Part shown: piece by piece, positions 20,648-32,324 of the stretch
Layout of the letters: the number at the start of each line of letters is the position of its first letter
How positions within the stretch are numbered: position 1 is the stretch's first letter
Assembly (NCBI GenBank): GCA_017416465.1
Contig: JAFQCK010000073.1
Coordinates: 38,398-102,397 of the forward strand
From: Lachnospiraceae bacterium
Lineage (GTDB): Bacteria; Bacillota; Clostridia; Lachnospirales; Lachnospiraceae
Length of the DNA: 64,000 nt
Direction: 5' to 3'
The notes under the pieces: generated by a model
The model's database searches: none
Told to the model about the DNA's origin: nothing
What the model saw: only the letters and a program-made list of their open reading frames with translations
Made by a program: the position numbers and the translations under genes

Positions 20648-20737
20648 ATCTTAAATTCCTTTCGTATATATATTATCCTTCTCAAGAATTTTCGAAGAAA
20701 ATTCTTGTATGTGAAATTAAATTCACTTAATTTCACA

Positions 20738-21181
20738 TTATTCGCGTGCCAATATCTTCAAATAATGCACGCCCTTTTTCATCTCTATAGCACTTATCAT
20801 CTCAGAAATATTACCCGTCTCCGGTCCTACTTCAATACTTAATGTAAGTAATGCTATACTATTAATAGGAATAGTCTGATGTATTGTAAGAATATTAGCA
20901 TTATATTCTGCTATAAGTTTAAGCACACCTGACAAAAGTCCCGGTTCATCATCCATCTGCAATACAAAAGTAATTGTCTTTCCCCTTGCATTATCATGAA
21001 ATGGAAATATATCATCTTTATACTTATAAAATGAACTTCTACTTATTCCCGTAATATCAACAGCTTCCTGTATCGACATGACTTTTTCTGATTCCAAAAG
21101 CCTCTTTGCCTCTACAACTTTAAGCAACACTTCGGGAACAGCTTTTTTCTTTAACACAAAATATTTATTATCTTCTGACAT
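20738..21181 (-). CDS. ACT-domain regulator (PheB/ThrR family)
   Basis: GISRSSFYKYKD HTH-like segment plus ACT domain (NANILTIHQTIP); upstream of hom. Confidence 0.88.
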   Translation of the reverse strand: MSEDNKYFVLKKKAVPEVLLKVVEAKRLLESEKVMSIQEAVDITGISRSSFYKYKDDIFPFHDNARGKTITFVLQMDDEPGLLSGVLKLIAEYNANILTIHQTIPINSIALLTLSIEVGPETGNISEMISAIEMKKGVHYLKILARE

Positions 21182-21236
21182 ACTTAAGAGTTCCTTTCAT
21201 GTTCTTCCCTAAAATACAGTTGTTTTCCACTCAAGG

Positions 21237-21265
21237 ATTTTACCACATTAAAGTAGTCTTTGCAA
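21237..21265 (-). promoter_or_regulatory. Promoter of the ACT-hom operon
   Basis: TTGCAA (21260-21265), 17 bp, TGn-TAAAAT (21237-21242). Confidence 0.55.
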
Positions 21266-21416
21266 GCATAAATTTCGCTTGCAAGGCTTTTGCAATTCAA
21301 GTAGGGTTCCCTACTTGAATAACGCAACCGAACATCTCGAAGCAGAGCTTCTCGATGTTCTTTCGCCCTGCAAATGAAGTTAAATGCAAGCATTACTTCG
21401 CTTGCAGGGCTTTTGC
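21261..21416. repeat. Cluster of four hairpins with a direct repeat (BIME-like)
   Basis: Direct repeats 21261-21293 and 21385-21416 (tgcaagcat...ttcgcttgca.ggcttttgc); internal hairpins attcaagtagg/cctacttgaat and gaacatc..gaag/cttc..gatgttc. Confidence 0.65.
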
Positions 21417-21520
21417 TACAAAAAAAGAACGCTCACTATAATATGAACGTTCTTCCTTAAACAGCAACTAACCATCTCACTAATTATTTTACTTAATCTG
21501 CATCATACAAACTTTTAAAA

Positions 21521-23491
21521 TTAATTATATTTTCTAAGCTCCTCAAACAATTCCAAACATCTGTCACTTGCAGAAAATACAATTTCCTTATTTCCAAATT
21601 CTATTTCAAAAAAAACATCTTCTATATTCGGAATACTATATGTATTAGCTGCTTCCTTGCAAAATAATAGTATTTTTTCATCTAAAAATTTGTCTTCATA
21701 CTTTCTAATTTCATCATAACCAAAATATACACAATTACTACTAACTTCGTCATAATTAACTGTTACTGCAAAATAAAACTCATCTGCCTTCGAAAGACTC
21801 TTCGTTACTTCTGCTACCAAATTCGACATAGATGTTTCAATATTTTCATTAGCAATTGCTAAATATGTATTATAGATATTTGGTAATTCTTTGATAAATG
21901 GTAAATTCAAATAATGACTTTTTTTATCTTTATTATATTCAATTTCAATATACCCTATCTCTCTAAAACTCTCGTCATTTATATTTTTAAATATATTTTC
22001 ATCAGATAACCTATTAAACTCTTCTCTATATTTCTCATAAATCTCTTCTACATCATCCTCTTTATATTGTATACCATCAATCATAATTTCAACATTGCTT
22101 AATTTATTGTACTTAGGTAAAGTTTTATAATCATTTACTATTTTTTCGTTTTCTAACAAATATTTTAACATCTGTCTAAACCTTGTATCATCAAGTTCAA
22201 AGTATCTGTCATAAACCTTTCCATCTACATAAAAAGTAAAATTATATCCTTCCCCATTATAATAATTCCAATTTCTTGAATTTCGTGCAACTTCAAATTG
22301 CTGACAAACCAATTCAATAATTCTATCATCCGTTATCTTTACTCCATCAACCTTTTCCATAAGATACAATTCATCAGTTATACTATAATAAAATCTTTCA
22401 TCATCATTATGTATAATTATATATTCAACATCTTCTGCCTTTGGTTGAAACTTTTTAACTTTATCAGAAATCCCAAATACACTTAAAGCCATAACTACAT
22501 TTAAAATCGCAATAACTATAATTCCCGGAATTATCTTGATAAGATTTTTAACTTTCTTTGTAGACAATAATTCATATAAGAAATATATAAAAATTGCAAA
22601 TAAATAAAGTATAACAATTGAATCATCAAGGAAATCACCATAATAATATTCGTTATCCCAAGCATATCTATATAATATATCTGATAAAGGAATTAAACAT
22701 ATTACCAATGTAATTACCGAACGAATAATATGCTGAACAAGTCGATTTGTTGCAGGCGCTCCTGCTATTTCACTTTTTCTTCTATTAAACAAAACTGCTG
22801 CTACAGCAAAATATATCAAACTCAAAACAAATGTATAAATAATATTTTCTAAATTTGCAATATATCTAAGACTATATCCACTAGTAAATATTCCCGTCAA
22901 AATATTGCTTGATGTTCCAAACGGAAATTTGATATATTCAATATTTATATATGGACAAAATTCACATACAAAGCTTGCTACAAAAAGTATTAGTAATCTT
23001 GGAAAAAATAAAATAACTACAGCAACAGAAATATTTGTAAAAATAGTTCCTGTAATTCCCTGTGCAAGAGTAATTGCTGAAATCACAAGCAAGTTACAAA
23101 CAAGTAACGAAATCACCATTTTTAAATCAATAAGTCCAAATTCTCCAGTTTCAAAAAACTGTGCTATAAAATTTACACTTAAAATTGCAATTACATATGT
23201 TAACACAGCAAGTACGTAAGAAAAATATAAACTTACTCTTGTATGTGGTATAGAATGAAACATATCACTAGCTTTACGACTTGTTAAAAATCTAAATATA
23301 TATAAAGTCATAGCAGGTGAAAATATTGTAAATGAGAATAATGATAATGAAAATAAAATATAGCTTCCACCATCCAACAAAACTATCGATGTAGATACAA
23401 ATCCTACAAACACCAGCATTACAATTCCCATTACGCGAAGTTGTTTTAATGCATCAATGTATAAACTTAAAAATTGTACTTTATTTTTCAC
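21521..23491 (-). CDS. ABC transporter permease with large C-terminal soluble domain (paralog 2)
   Basis: Multiple TM segments; FRFLTSRKASDMFHSIP and RRKSEIAG motifs; tandem paralog of 23508-25481. Confidence 0.8.
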   Translation of the reverse strand: MKNKVQFLSLYIDALKQLRVMGIVMLVFVGFVSTSIVLLDGGSYILFSLSLFSFTIFSPAMTLYIFRFLTSRKASDMFHSIPHTRVSLYFSYVLAVLTYVIAILSVNFIAQFFETGEFGLIDLKMVISLLVCNLLVISAITLAQGITGTIFTNISVAVVILFFPRLLILFVASFVCEFCPYINIEYIKFPFGTSSNILTGIFTSGYSLRYIANLENIIYTFVLSLIYFAVAAVLFNRRKSEIAGAPATNRLVQHIIRSVITLVICLIPLSDILYRYAWDNEYYYGDFLDDSIVILYLFAIFIYFLYELLSTKKVKNLIKIIPGIIVIAILNVVMALSVFGISDKVKKFQPKAEDVEYIIIHNDDERFYYSITDELYLMEKVDGVKITDDRIIELVCQQFEVARNSRNWNYYNGEGYNFTFYVDGKVYDRYFELDDTRFRQMLKYLLENEKIVNDYKTLPKYNKLSNVEIMIDGIQYKEDDVEEIYEKYREEFNRLSDENIFKNINDESFREIGYIEIEYNKDKKSHYLNLPFIKELPNIYNTYLAIANENIETSMSNLVAEVTKSLSKADEFYFAVTVNYDEVSSNCVYFGYDEIRKYEDKFLDEKILLFCKEAANTYSIPNIEDVFFEIEFGNKEIVFSASDRCLELFEELRKYN

Positions 23492-23507
23492 ACTATCCCT
23501 CCTTTTA

Positions 23508-25481
23508 TCACTGATATTTTTTTAATTCCATAAACAATTCCATACACTTAACACTAGCCGAGAATGTAACGTTTCTATTACCTAAACAAACGTCATAAAC
23601 AGTTTCTTCTATATCGGGCAACTTATATGTGTCTGCTGCCTCTTTACAAAACCCAAGTACTTTTTCATCAAGTAATTCATCCTTATGTTCCAATATATCA
23701 TCATAATCAAGATATACATAATCTGTTTCCGCTCCACTTTTCATTACTGTTACCGAAAAATAAAATTGTTCCGGACTTAATAACATATATTCCGCAATAT
23801 CTACTATACTCCCCATATACTTATCTGTACTCTCGTCAGCAAGTTCTAAATACTTGTTATATGAGGTTGGTAATTCTTTAATAAAAGGTAACTCCAGATA
23901 ACATGTTTTATTATTTTTATAATAACAAATCTTAATAAATCCATCATTTTCTTGCTGACTACCTATAATTGCCATCACATCTTTAGATGTTATTTTTGAT
24001 AAATCCTCCCTATATTTCTCATATATATCCTTCTTATCTTTATCTACAAATAATTCACCTGTAATTCCCATTCTTATTTCTTCAAGTTCATCATATTCAG
24101 GTAAGCTTCTATAAGCTTTTAATACATCTTCTTTCTCTGCCAGATACTTTAACATCAACTTAAATCTTGTTTCATTAATCCCAAAATATCTGTCATAAAT
24201 TTTTCCATCAACACAAAAACCTATATGACATCTCCGATATCCGTATTCTTCCGTTTTTTCTTCACACTCATCTTTAAACTGGTCACAGAGTAATTTTATT
24301 ATTCTTTTGTCAGTTATTTTCCCATCTTTATTACAACTTATAAAATATGTACTATTAGTTAAAATCTCATAATTATCTTCATAATCGTTATGTATAATTA
24401 CATACTCAACTTCATCAGCCTTTGGTTGAAACTTTTTAATATATTCCGTAATTCCAAATATACTAAAAACTATTGCTACATTTAAAATTGCTACAACAAT
24501 AATTCCGGGAATAACCTTTACAAGATTCTTAACCTTCTTTGTAGACAATAATTCATATATAAAATATACAAAAACTGCAAAGAAATATATAATTACAACT
24601 CCTAAATCAATATCATTATAATTAAATTCTTCATAATAACGATGATACACTTTTCTATAAAGAATACTGGATAAAGGCTGTAAACATATCACTAATGTAA
24701 TTACTATACGAATAATATGCTGTGCTAAACGATTTGTTGCAGGCGCTCCTGCAACCTCACTTTTTCTTCTATTAAATAATATAACAGCTAACACAAAATA
24801 AATTACACTTAAACTAAATGTATAAATAATACCTTCTAACTTTGCACCTAAACCTACATCAAGTCCATCGATAAATATTTCTGTCAAAATATTACTTGAT
24901 TTTCCAAATGGAAATTTTATACATTCTCTGCTAATAAACGGACAAAATTCACACACAAAAGCTATTACAAAATCCATTAACAATCTTGGAAAAAATAATA
25001 TAATTCCTGCAACAGAAATATTAGTAAAAATTGTTCCTGTCATTCCCTGTGCAAGAGTAATTGCTGAAATCACAAGCATATTACACACTATTAACGAAAG
25101 AATATATTCAACTGTAATCTCAAAATTTCCTTCTATAGCAAAAAATGCTAATAAATTTACAGTTAAACTTGCTAATATATATGTAAACACTGCAGATACA
25201 TAAGAAACATACATACTAACTCTTGTATTCGGAAGAGAGTGAAATACATCACTCGCCTTACGATTTGTCAAAAATCTAAAAATATACAAAGTCATAACAG
25301 GCGAAAAAATCAAAAACGTTAGTAATGATAATGCATATAAACCAGAATGGTCGCTCTCCGATAAAACTGCTGATGTCGAAACAAAACCGACAAAAACGAG
25401 TATAACAATCCCTATAACACGAAGCTGTTTTAACGCATCAATGTATAAGCTCAAGCTAAAAAATTGTCGTTTATTTTTCAT
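23508..25481 (-). CDS. ABC transporter permease with large C-terminal soluble domain (paralog 1)
   Basis: Multiple TM segments; same motifs as the downstream paralog; overlaps the ATPase gene. Confidence 0.8.
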   Translation of the reverse strand: MKNKRQFFSLSLYIDALKQLRVIGIVILVFVGFVSTSAVLSESDHSGLYALSLLTFLIFSPVMTLYIFRFLTNRKASDVFHSLPNTRVSMYVSYVSAVFTYILASLTVNLLAFFAIEGNFEITVEYILSLIVCNMLVISAITLAQGMTGTIFTNISVAGIILFFPRLLMDFVIAFVCEFCPFISRECIKFPFGKSSNILTEIFIDGLDVGLGAKLEGIIYTFSLSVIYFVLAVILFNRRKSEVAGAPATNRLAQHIIRIVITLVICLQPLSSILYRKVYHRYYEEFNYNDIDLGVVIIYFFAVFVYFIYELLSTKKVKNLVKVIPGIIVVAILNVAIVFSIFGITEYIKKFQPKADEVEYVIIHNDYEDNYEILTNSTYFISCNKDGKITDKRIIKLLCDQFKDECEEKTEEYGYRRCHIGFCVDGKIYDRYFGINETRFKLMLKYLAEKEDVLKAYRSLPEYDELEEIRMGITGELFVDKDKKDIYEKYREDLSKITSKDVMAIIGSQQENDGFIKICYYKNNKTCYLELPFIKELPTSYNKYLELADESTDKYMGSIVDIAEYMLLSPEQFYFSVTVMKSGAETDYVYLDYDDILEHKDELLDEKVLGFCKEAADTYKLPDIEETVYDVCLGNRNVTFSASVKCMELFMELKKYQ

Positions 25482-26394
25482 TCTCTATTCCCTCCAGAAC
25501 TTCATTAAAACTATACCCATAAACCTCCATTTCATATGTAAATACTTCTTCAAGTGTCAACGGAAGAATATCCAATATTAACGGTTTTAAAGAATTAATC
25601 CGGCTGGCAATTACCTCCTTATCTCCTCTTATTATAAGATTTGAAACAGAACCTTTCTTACTAAAGTTTCTTATATCCATTTCCATTCCATCGAACTTGC
25701 TCTTATCATAATCTCCCGAAAATGCGACCTGCACCTTGAAGAGACTTGTCTTTAATCCCTGTATATCACTTTCAAATATTAGTCCACCCTTATGTAAAAG
25801 TGCTAACTGGTCACATGTATCCTCTAACTCTCTAAGAGAATGCGAAGTTAAAATTGCAGTTGTCTTATTCTCATATACATCCTCACAGATAAGCTTTTTA
25901 ACAAGATTTCTAACAACCGGATCAAGTCCGTCAAACGTTTCATCGAACAACATATATCCAGGTCTGCTCGAAAGTGCTAATATTATAGCAGCCTGTCTTT
26001 TCATTCCTTTAGAAAATGACTGAATAGGCTTCTTAGGATTTAACTTAAAAAGCTCTACAAGTTCTAAAAATCTTTTATCGTCATACTTAGGATAAACAGA
26101 TTTATAAAATTCAGACATTCTCTTTAAAGAAGCTCCCGGTAAAAAATATAAGTCATCTGATAAAAATACCATCTTACCTTTAGCCAAAGGATTGTTATAT
26201 ATAGGTTCTTCATCCACTAAAATATCACCCATATCAGCTTTATATACACCTGAAATTAATCTTAAAAATGTAGACTTACCTGCTCCATTTGAACCAACCA
26301 TTCCATATACTGCCCCTTTAGGAATATTACATGAAACATTATTTAACGCATAAAAATCTTCAAATTTCTTAGATACATTATTAACACTTATCAT
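25471..26394 (-). CDS. ABC transporter ATP-binding protein (YtrB-like)
   Basis: GSNGAGKST, FSKGMKRQ and DETFDGLDP motifs. Confidence 0.92.
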   Translation of the reverse strand: MISVNNVSKKFEDFYALNNVSCNIPKGAVYGMVGSNGAGKSTFLRLISGVYKADMGDILVDEEPIYNNPLAKGKMVFLSDDLYFLPGASLKRMSEFYKSVYPKYDDKRFLELVELFKLNPKKPIQSFSKGMKRQAAIILALSSRPGYMLFDETFDGLDPVVRNLVKKLICEDVYENKTTAILTSHSLRELEDTCDQLALLHKGGLIFESDIQGLKTSLFKVQVAFSGDYDKSKFDGMEMDIRNFSKKGSVSNLIIRGDKEVIASRINSLKPLILDILPLTLEEVFTYEMEVYGYSFNEVLEGIENEK

Positions 26395-26774
26395 TTTAAC
26401 TCATCCTTTCTTTTTATAGCCTTATTTAAACACTCTATTATCTCATCCTTACTTATTCCTGCCAATAACAGCTCATAAATCGTCTGTTCCAATTCTGATA
26501 ATTCATTCCTTTTTGCTCCACTAAGAAGTTCCTTAGCATTCTCAGCTACAAAACATCCTCTTCCCGGAACCGAATAAATAATTCCTCGTCTGTCTAAATC
26601 CGAATATGCCTTTTGAATAGTATTTGGATTAACAGACAATTCCACAGACAAACTTCTTACCGACGGTACTTGTTCTTTGGCTGACAATATGCCTGTTAAG
26701 ATAAATTTTTCCATCTGTTCTATAATCTGTTCATAAACAGGAACTCTTGACATTATATCTATCTTAAACATCAT
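26391..26774 (-). CDS. GntR-family (YtrA subfamily) repressor
   Basis: PVYEQI, PSVRSLS and VNPNTIQKAY motifs. Confidence 0.92.
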   Translation of the reverse strand: MMFKIDIMSRVPVYEQIIEQMEKFILTGILSAKEQVPSVRSLSVELSVNPNTIQKAYSDLDRRGIIYSVPGRGCFVAENAKELLSGAKRNELSELEQTIYELLLAGISKDEIIECLNKAIKRKDELK

Positions 26775-26830
26775 TTACCTCCTTTTTAATATAATTGTTT
26801 TCGCTAGCATTTATTATATTTTATCAGTAT

Positions 26831-26887
26831 TAAGTGTATTACTATAACTAATACACTTAATATAGGATAATTATTCTAATTTGTCAA
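26831..26887 (-). promoter_or_regulatory. Promoter plus YtrA-type operator
   Basis: TTGACA (26882-26887), 17 bp, TATATT; palindrome AGTGTA-N13-TACACT (26833-26857), the YtrA consensus layout. Confidence 0.8.
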
Positions 26888-26975
26888 CTATAAAATTTTC
26901 ACATTGTCTTATATATACAAAAAAGCCTTTAACACATTTTCATAAATGCGTTAAAGGCTTACATAAATCATCATC

Positions 26976-27440
26976 TTATATCTTTTCAATAGCTTTTTGT
27001 AACTCTTCCTTTTCACCCTCATCCAAAAGTTTAGACACATCAAGCATTACAATTAATCTTCCATTAAGATTAATAATCTTATCATAATACGCAGTTGTAC
27101 TTGTTGAAATAATTTTTGGAATTTGGTGAATATTCTCATCTGCAATATTCTGAATATCTTCAACCATATCTACTTCCAATGCAATCAACATGTCATCACT
27201 TGCTTTAACAATTATAAATTTAGCATCAGCCATATATGTAGCTTCTGGCATATTGAATTTTGTTCTTAAGCTGTAAACAGGAATTATACTTCCTCGTAGA
27301 TTAATAATTCCTTTTATATTCTTATTAATATTATGAATCGGAACAATTTGCAATGGATTTTCTATTCCTCGAACAACATTAATGTCCACACCATATTCTT
27401 CCATTCCAAGTCTAAAAACAACCGGTTTAAATTCTACCAT
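26976..27440 (-). CDS. cheW: Chemotaxis adaptor CheW
   Basis: VVFRLGMEEYGVDI, IKGIINLRGSIIPV and LIVMLDV motifs. Confidence 0.9.
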   Translation of the reverse strand: MVEFKPVVFRLGMEEYGVDINVVRGIENPLQIVPIHNINKNIKGIINLRGSIIPVYSLRTKFNMPEATYMADAKFIIVKASDDMLIALEVDMVEDIQNIADENIHQIPKIISTSTTAYYDKIINLNGRLIVMLDVSKLLDEGEKEELQKAIEKI

Positions 27441-27512
27441 ACCAAATACCTCCTGTTTACATTATTTAACTGTTCAGAACTATGCAGTTTATCTCTGAAC
27501 GTTCAGTATAAT

Positions 27513-28638
27513 TTAGTTTTCTATATTAGCTTTTTTTAAATTATTCCATTTAAGATATGCACTTATAAAGGCTTCTAATCCTCCATCTAATACATTTGCT
27601 ACATTACCACTCTCAAAATTGGTTCTGTGATCTTTCACCATTGTGTATGGTTGCATTACATATGAGCGAATCTGATTTCCAAAATTGATATCCTTTATCT
27701 CTCCACGAATATCCGATACCTTTTCCGCATTTTCTGCCTGCTTTAGAAGATAAAGTTTTGCTTTAAGCATCTGCATTGCCTTATCCTTATTTTGAAACTG
27801 CGAACGTTCATTCTGACACTGAACTACAATTCCGGTAGGCATATGCGTAATTCTGATAGCAGATGAAGTCTTATTAATATGCTGACCACCTGCACCACTA
27901 CTTCTATAAGTATCAATCCTTAAATCTTCTTCATTAATCTCGATATCGAGGTCTTCTTCTATATCCGGCATCACATCACATGATACAAACGAAGTCTGCC
28001 TTTTTCCTGCAGCATTAAATGGCGAAATTCTAACTAATCTGTGAACACCCTTTTCAGATTTAAGATGTCCATAAGCATTTTCTCCATTAATCTGCATCGT
28101 TATAGATTTAATTCCAGCCTCTTCTCCATCAAGATAATCTAAAATCTCAACTGTATAGCCCTTTTTCTCTGCAAATCTTCTATACATTCTCGAAAGCATA
28201 CTCGCCCAATCACAAGACTCTGTTCCACCTGCACCGGCATGTAATGTTAAAATAGCATTATCTTTATCGTATTCTTCAGATAAAAGTGTACTTACTTTAA
28301 GCGTTTCAAATGAAGTTTCAAAATCATTAAAATCATTTTCTACTTCTTCCAAAATATCGGGGTCATTTTCTTCATATCCCATCTCAATAAGAGTCTGAAT
28401 ATCTTCATACTTACTCTTCAAACCTTCAAAAGTTTCAATTACTGATTTTAAATTCTTAAGTTCGACTACGCATTTTTGACCTCTTTCGGCATCATTCCAA
28501 AAATCCGGTTCTTCCATAGTCTTTTCTAATTCCTCAATCTTTTTCACTTTGCTTTCCAAGTCAAAGTGAATCCCTCAATTCTTTAAGAGGTTCTTCATAT
28601 TGCAAAATACTATATTTGTACTGATCTAATTCGACCAC
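27513..28638 (-). CDS. prfB: Peptide chain release factor 2, programmed +1 frameshift
   Basis: GTG start at 28638, 25 codons, then AGGGATTCA CTT TGA C (28560-28575). Downstream frame has SPF and GGQ motifs. Confidence 0.95.
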
Positions 28639-28644
28639 TTAATT

Positions 28645-31213
28645 TCACCCTCTTCCACAACACTGTTTATATTTCTTTCCACTTCCGCATGGACATGGAT
28701 CATTTGGATAAACCTTATCATCTACTCTCTTCTTTGGTGCCCTAACAGCAGAATCATCTTTATTAGTTCCTGTTACCTTAGCAACTTGTTCTCTTTCAAC
28801 CTTCTGCTCTACCTTAACATGTAATAAGAGCTTAACCGTATCTTCCTTAACACTATCTGTCATAGCATTAAACATATCATAACCTGTCATCTTATATTCA
28901 ACAAGCGGATCTCTCTGTCCATATGCCTGCAATCCAATACCCTGACGAAGCTGATCCATATCATCAATATGGTCCATCCACTTTCTGTCAATAACTTTAA
29001 GAAGAATAACTCTTTCTAATTCTCTTATATGTTCTGCTTCCGGGAACTCTGCTTCTTTTGCTTCATATAATTTTACTGCTTTTTCTTTCAAATACTGAAC
29101 AAGCTGAGCTTTTTTGAATTTTTCCTTCTGTTCGTCATTAAGCACAATTGCATCAAACGGAAAAATAGGAAGCAATAGCTGATTAAGTTCAACCATATCC
29201 CATTCTTCAGGCGACTGATCTTCCGAAATACATGTATCTACAATATTCTCAACTATATCTGTTATCATCTTGTAGATGGAATCACGCATATTCTCTCCAT
29301 CTAGTACTCTACGTCTTTCTGCATAGATAGTCTCTCTCTGCTCATTCATAACCTGATCATATTCTAATACATTCTTTCTTATACCAAAGTTATTTCCTTC
29401 AATCTTAGTCTGAGCTTTCTCAATTGTATTTGATAACATGTTATGTTCAATAGGTTCATCATCACCTACACCTAATGCTCTAAATGTATTCATTAAACGT
29501 TCTGCACCAAACAATCTAAGCAAATCATCTTCCAGCGAAATGAAAAACTGCGACTGTCCCGGATCACCTTGACGACCGGAACGTCCTCTAAGCTGATTAT
29601 CAATACGTCTTGACTCATGTCTTTCTGTACCAATTATCTTAAGACCACCTGCTGCCTTTGAATTATCATCAAGTTTAATATCGGTACCACGACCTGCCAT
29701 ATTAGTCGCAATTGTAACTGCACCATATACACCTGCTTCTGCTACAATCTCTGCTTCTAATTCGTGGAACTTCGCATTAAGTACTTTATGTGGTACTCCC
29801 TGCTTCTTAAGCAAATTACTAATTTCTTCTGATGCTTCAATTGTAATTGTACCAACAAGTACAGGCTGACCAGTCTTATGTGTCTCAACTATTTCTCTAA
29901 CTATTGCCTGAAGCTTACCTTTCTTAGTAGTGAAAACTGCATCCGGTAAATCTATTCTGGCAACAGGCTTATTGGTAGGAACAGCAACAACATCCATTCC
30001 ATATATATTTCTAAATTCATTCTCTTCTGTAAGAGCTGTACCTGTCATACCACACTTCTTAGAATATTTATTAAAGAAAGTCTGGAAAGTAATTGTAGCA
30101 AGAGTTTTACTTTCTCTTCTAACTTTTACTTTTTCTTTAGCTTCAATAGCCTGATGTAAACCATCTGAATATCTTCTTCCCGGCATTATACGACCTGTAA
30201 ATTCATCTACAATAAGAACTTCATTATCTTTTACAACATAATCTTTATCTTTGAACATAAGATAATTTGCACGTAAAGCAAGTATTATATTATGTTGAAT
30301 CTCAAGATTCTCAGGATCTGCAAGATTCTCAATACCGAAGAATTTTTCAACCTTACTAACACCTTCCGCAGTAAGATTTACAACTCTATCTTTTTCATTA
30401 ACAATGAAATCGCCTTCTTCTTCTATCTCTTCTTTCATAATAGCAGCCATCTTTGTAAGTTCTGCACTTTCTTTACCCTTCTTGAGCTGTCTTGCCAAAA
30501 TATCACAAGTGTCATATAACTTAGTAGACTTTCCACTCTGCCCCGAGATAATAAGTGGCGTTCTGGCTTCATCAATAAGAACCGAGTCCACCTCATCCAC
30601 AATTGCAAAATGAAGCTTTCTCTGAACTAATTCTTTTTTATAAATGACCATATTGTCTCTTAAGTAATCAAAACCAAGTTCATTGTTAGTTATATATGTG
30701 ATATCGCAATTATAAGCTGCTCTTCTCTCATCATTTTCCATACTATTAAGAACCACACCAACTGTAAGGCCAAGAAATCTATGTACTTGTCCCATCCATT
30801 CAGCATCACGATTAGCAAGATAATCATTAACTGTAACTACATGTACTCCTTCACCTTCAAGAGCATTTAAATATGCAGGAAGTAAACAAGTCTGCGTCTT
30901 ACCTTCACCTGTTCTCATCTCAGCAATTCTTCCCAGTTAAAATAATACCACCCATAAGCTGACATTCATAATGTTCTGTATTAAGCACTCTTCTTGCAGC
31001 CTCTCTTACAACAGCATATGCTTCCGGAAGAATGTCATCAAGGGTCTCTCCTTCTGCCAAACGTTTCTTAAATTCTGTTGTTTTGTCTTTAAGCTGTTCG
31101 TCACTTAATTCCATCATAGCCGGTCTATAGGATACAATCTTATTCACTATAGGCTTAATTCTCTTAATTTCTCTTTCACTATGAGTTCCAAAAATCTTTG
31201 ATACTATGCCCAT
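28645..31213 (-). CDS. secA: Preprotein translocase SecA, frameshifted near 30935 in this sequence
   Basis: N-terminal part (30920-31213) and main part (28645-30918, MRTGEGKT...[13 protein letters not shown]) are in different frames. Confidence 0.9.
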
Positions 31214-31386
31214 TACTAATCTCCTAATCTTTTATAGTTTTACAGTTCATTAATGCGATAAAATTAGAACTGCAATCATAGTTCGCATATGTAGTCTATT
31301 TTAGCACTAAACCTTTATTTATTCAAGAACAAAAGAGTTCTTATATAAAAAATCCAGTAACAATTGATACTACAGTTTTTAATCAT

Positions 31387-31426
31387 AAAAAATGTCATAG
31401 GACACACCCCTGCATCCTATGACATT
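31387..31426 (-). terminator. Terminator downstream of hpf
   Basis: Inverted repeat aatgtcatagga / tcctatgacatt with a minus-strand U tract. Confidence 0.65.
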
Positions 31427-31459
31427 CATATAAAAATACCTTTTCCTAATACGCTATAC

Positions 31460-31987
31460 TTAAAATTCCGGTTCAATTAAACCATATGTGTTACCTTTTC
31501 TCTTGTATACTACGCTGACCTCATCTGTTTCTGAATTCCTAAACACATAAAAGTTATGTCCTAACAATTCCATCTGCACACATGCTTCTTCAGGATCCAT
31601 TGGTTTAACACCAAATCTCTTAGTTCTGATAATCTTGATTGAATCGTCTTCATCATAATCTTTATCAATAAATTCAGGACTAAAATTGTCTCTTGCCTGC
31701 TTCTTATCAATAATCTTATTTTTATATTTTTTAAGTTGTCTTTCAATAATCTCTTCAACAAGGTCAATTGATACATACATATCACTACTAACCTGCTCTG
31801 ATCTGATAATGTTACCCTTAACAGGAATTGTTACTTCAATCTTTTGTCTTTCTTTTTCAACACTTAAAGTAACGATAACCTCTGTATCAGGTGCAAAATA
31901 CTTCTCTAACTTTCCAATCTTCTCCTGTACTGCGTTCCTTAAACCCTCTGTTACATCAATATTTTTGCCTGTAATAACGAATCTCAT
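31460..31987 (-). CDS. hpf: Ribosome hibernation promoting factor (long HPF)
   Basis: ITGKNIDVT, DMYVSID and KPMDPEEACVQMELLGH motifs; usual position upstream of secA. Confidence 0.93.
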   Translation of the reverse strand: MRFVITGKNIDVTEGLRNAVQEKIGKLEKYFAPDTEVIVTLSVEKERQKIEVTIPVKGNIIRSEQVSSDMYVSIDLVEEIIERQLKKYKNKIIDKKQARDNFSPEFIDKDYDEDDSIKIIRTKRFGVKPMDPEEACVQMELLGHNFYVFRNSETDEVSVVYKRKGNTYGLIEPEF

Positions 31988-32324
31988 GCTGTCCATCTCC
32001 TTTTCCCACAGTTGAAAATAGGCTTAAATTCAACTGATTTATTATGTTCCAATTATACCATAATAAAAGATTTTTTCAAGATATATTAGTAAATATATAC
32101 AATTTTTTTCAATTCCAACAAAATATATTAGCAAAAATATACACATTTCACTAAATTACAACCTTTTACCCAAATCATCTTATATTCTTAATTATTTCTA
32201 TTTTGATTTTCAACTTAACCATTATCTTTATCCTGTCAAGCTTAATTATTTATTTTTTTAATTTTTATGATTTTTCAACAAAACATTTGTTCATTTTTAA
32301 CAATTTGATATTCCTCAAAAAACA

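Noticed and set aside
21184-21393. 69-aa ORF in the track
   Set aside because: Lies across a palindromic repeat cluster and the predicted promoter; no RBS or recognisable motif.
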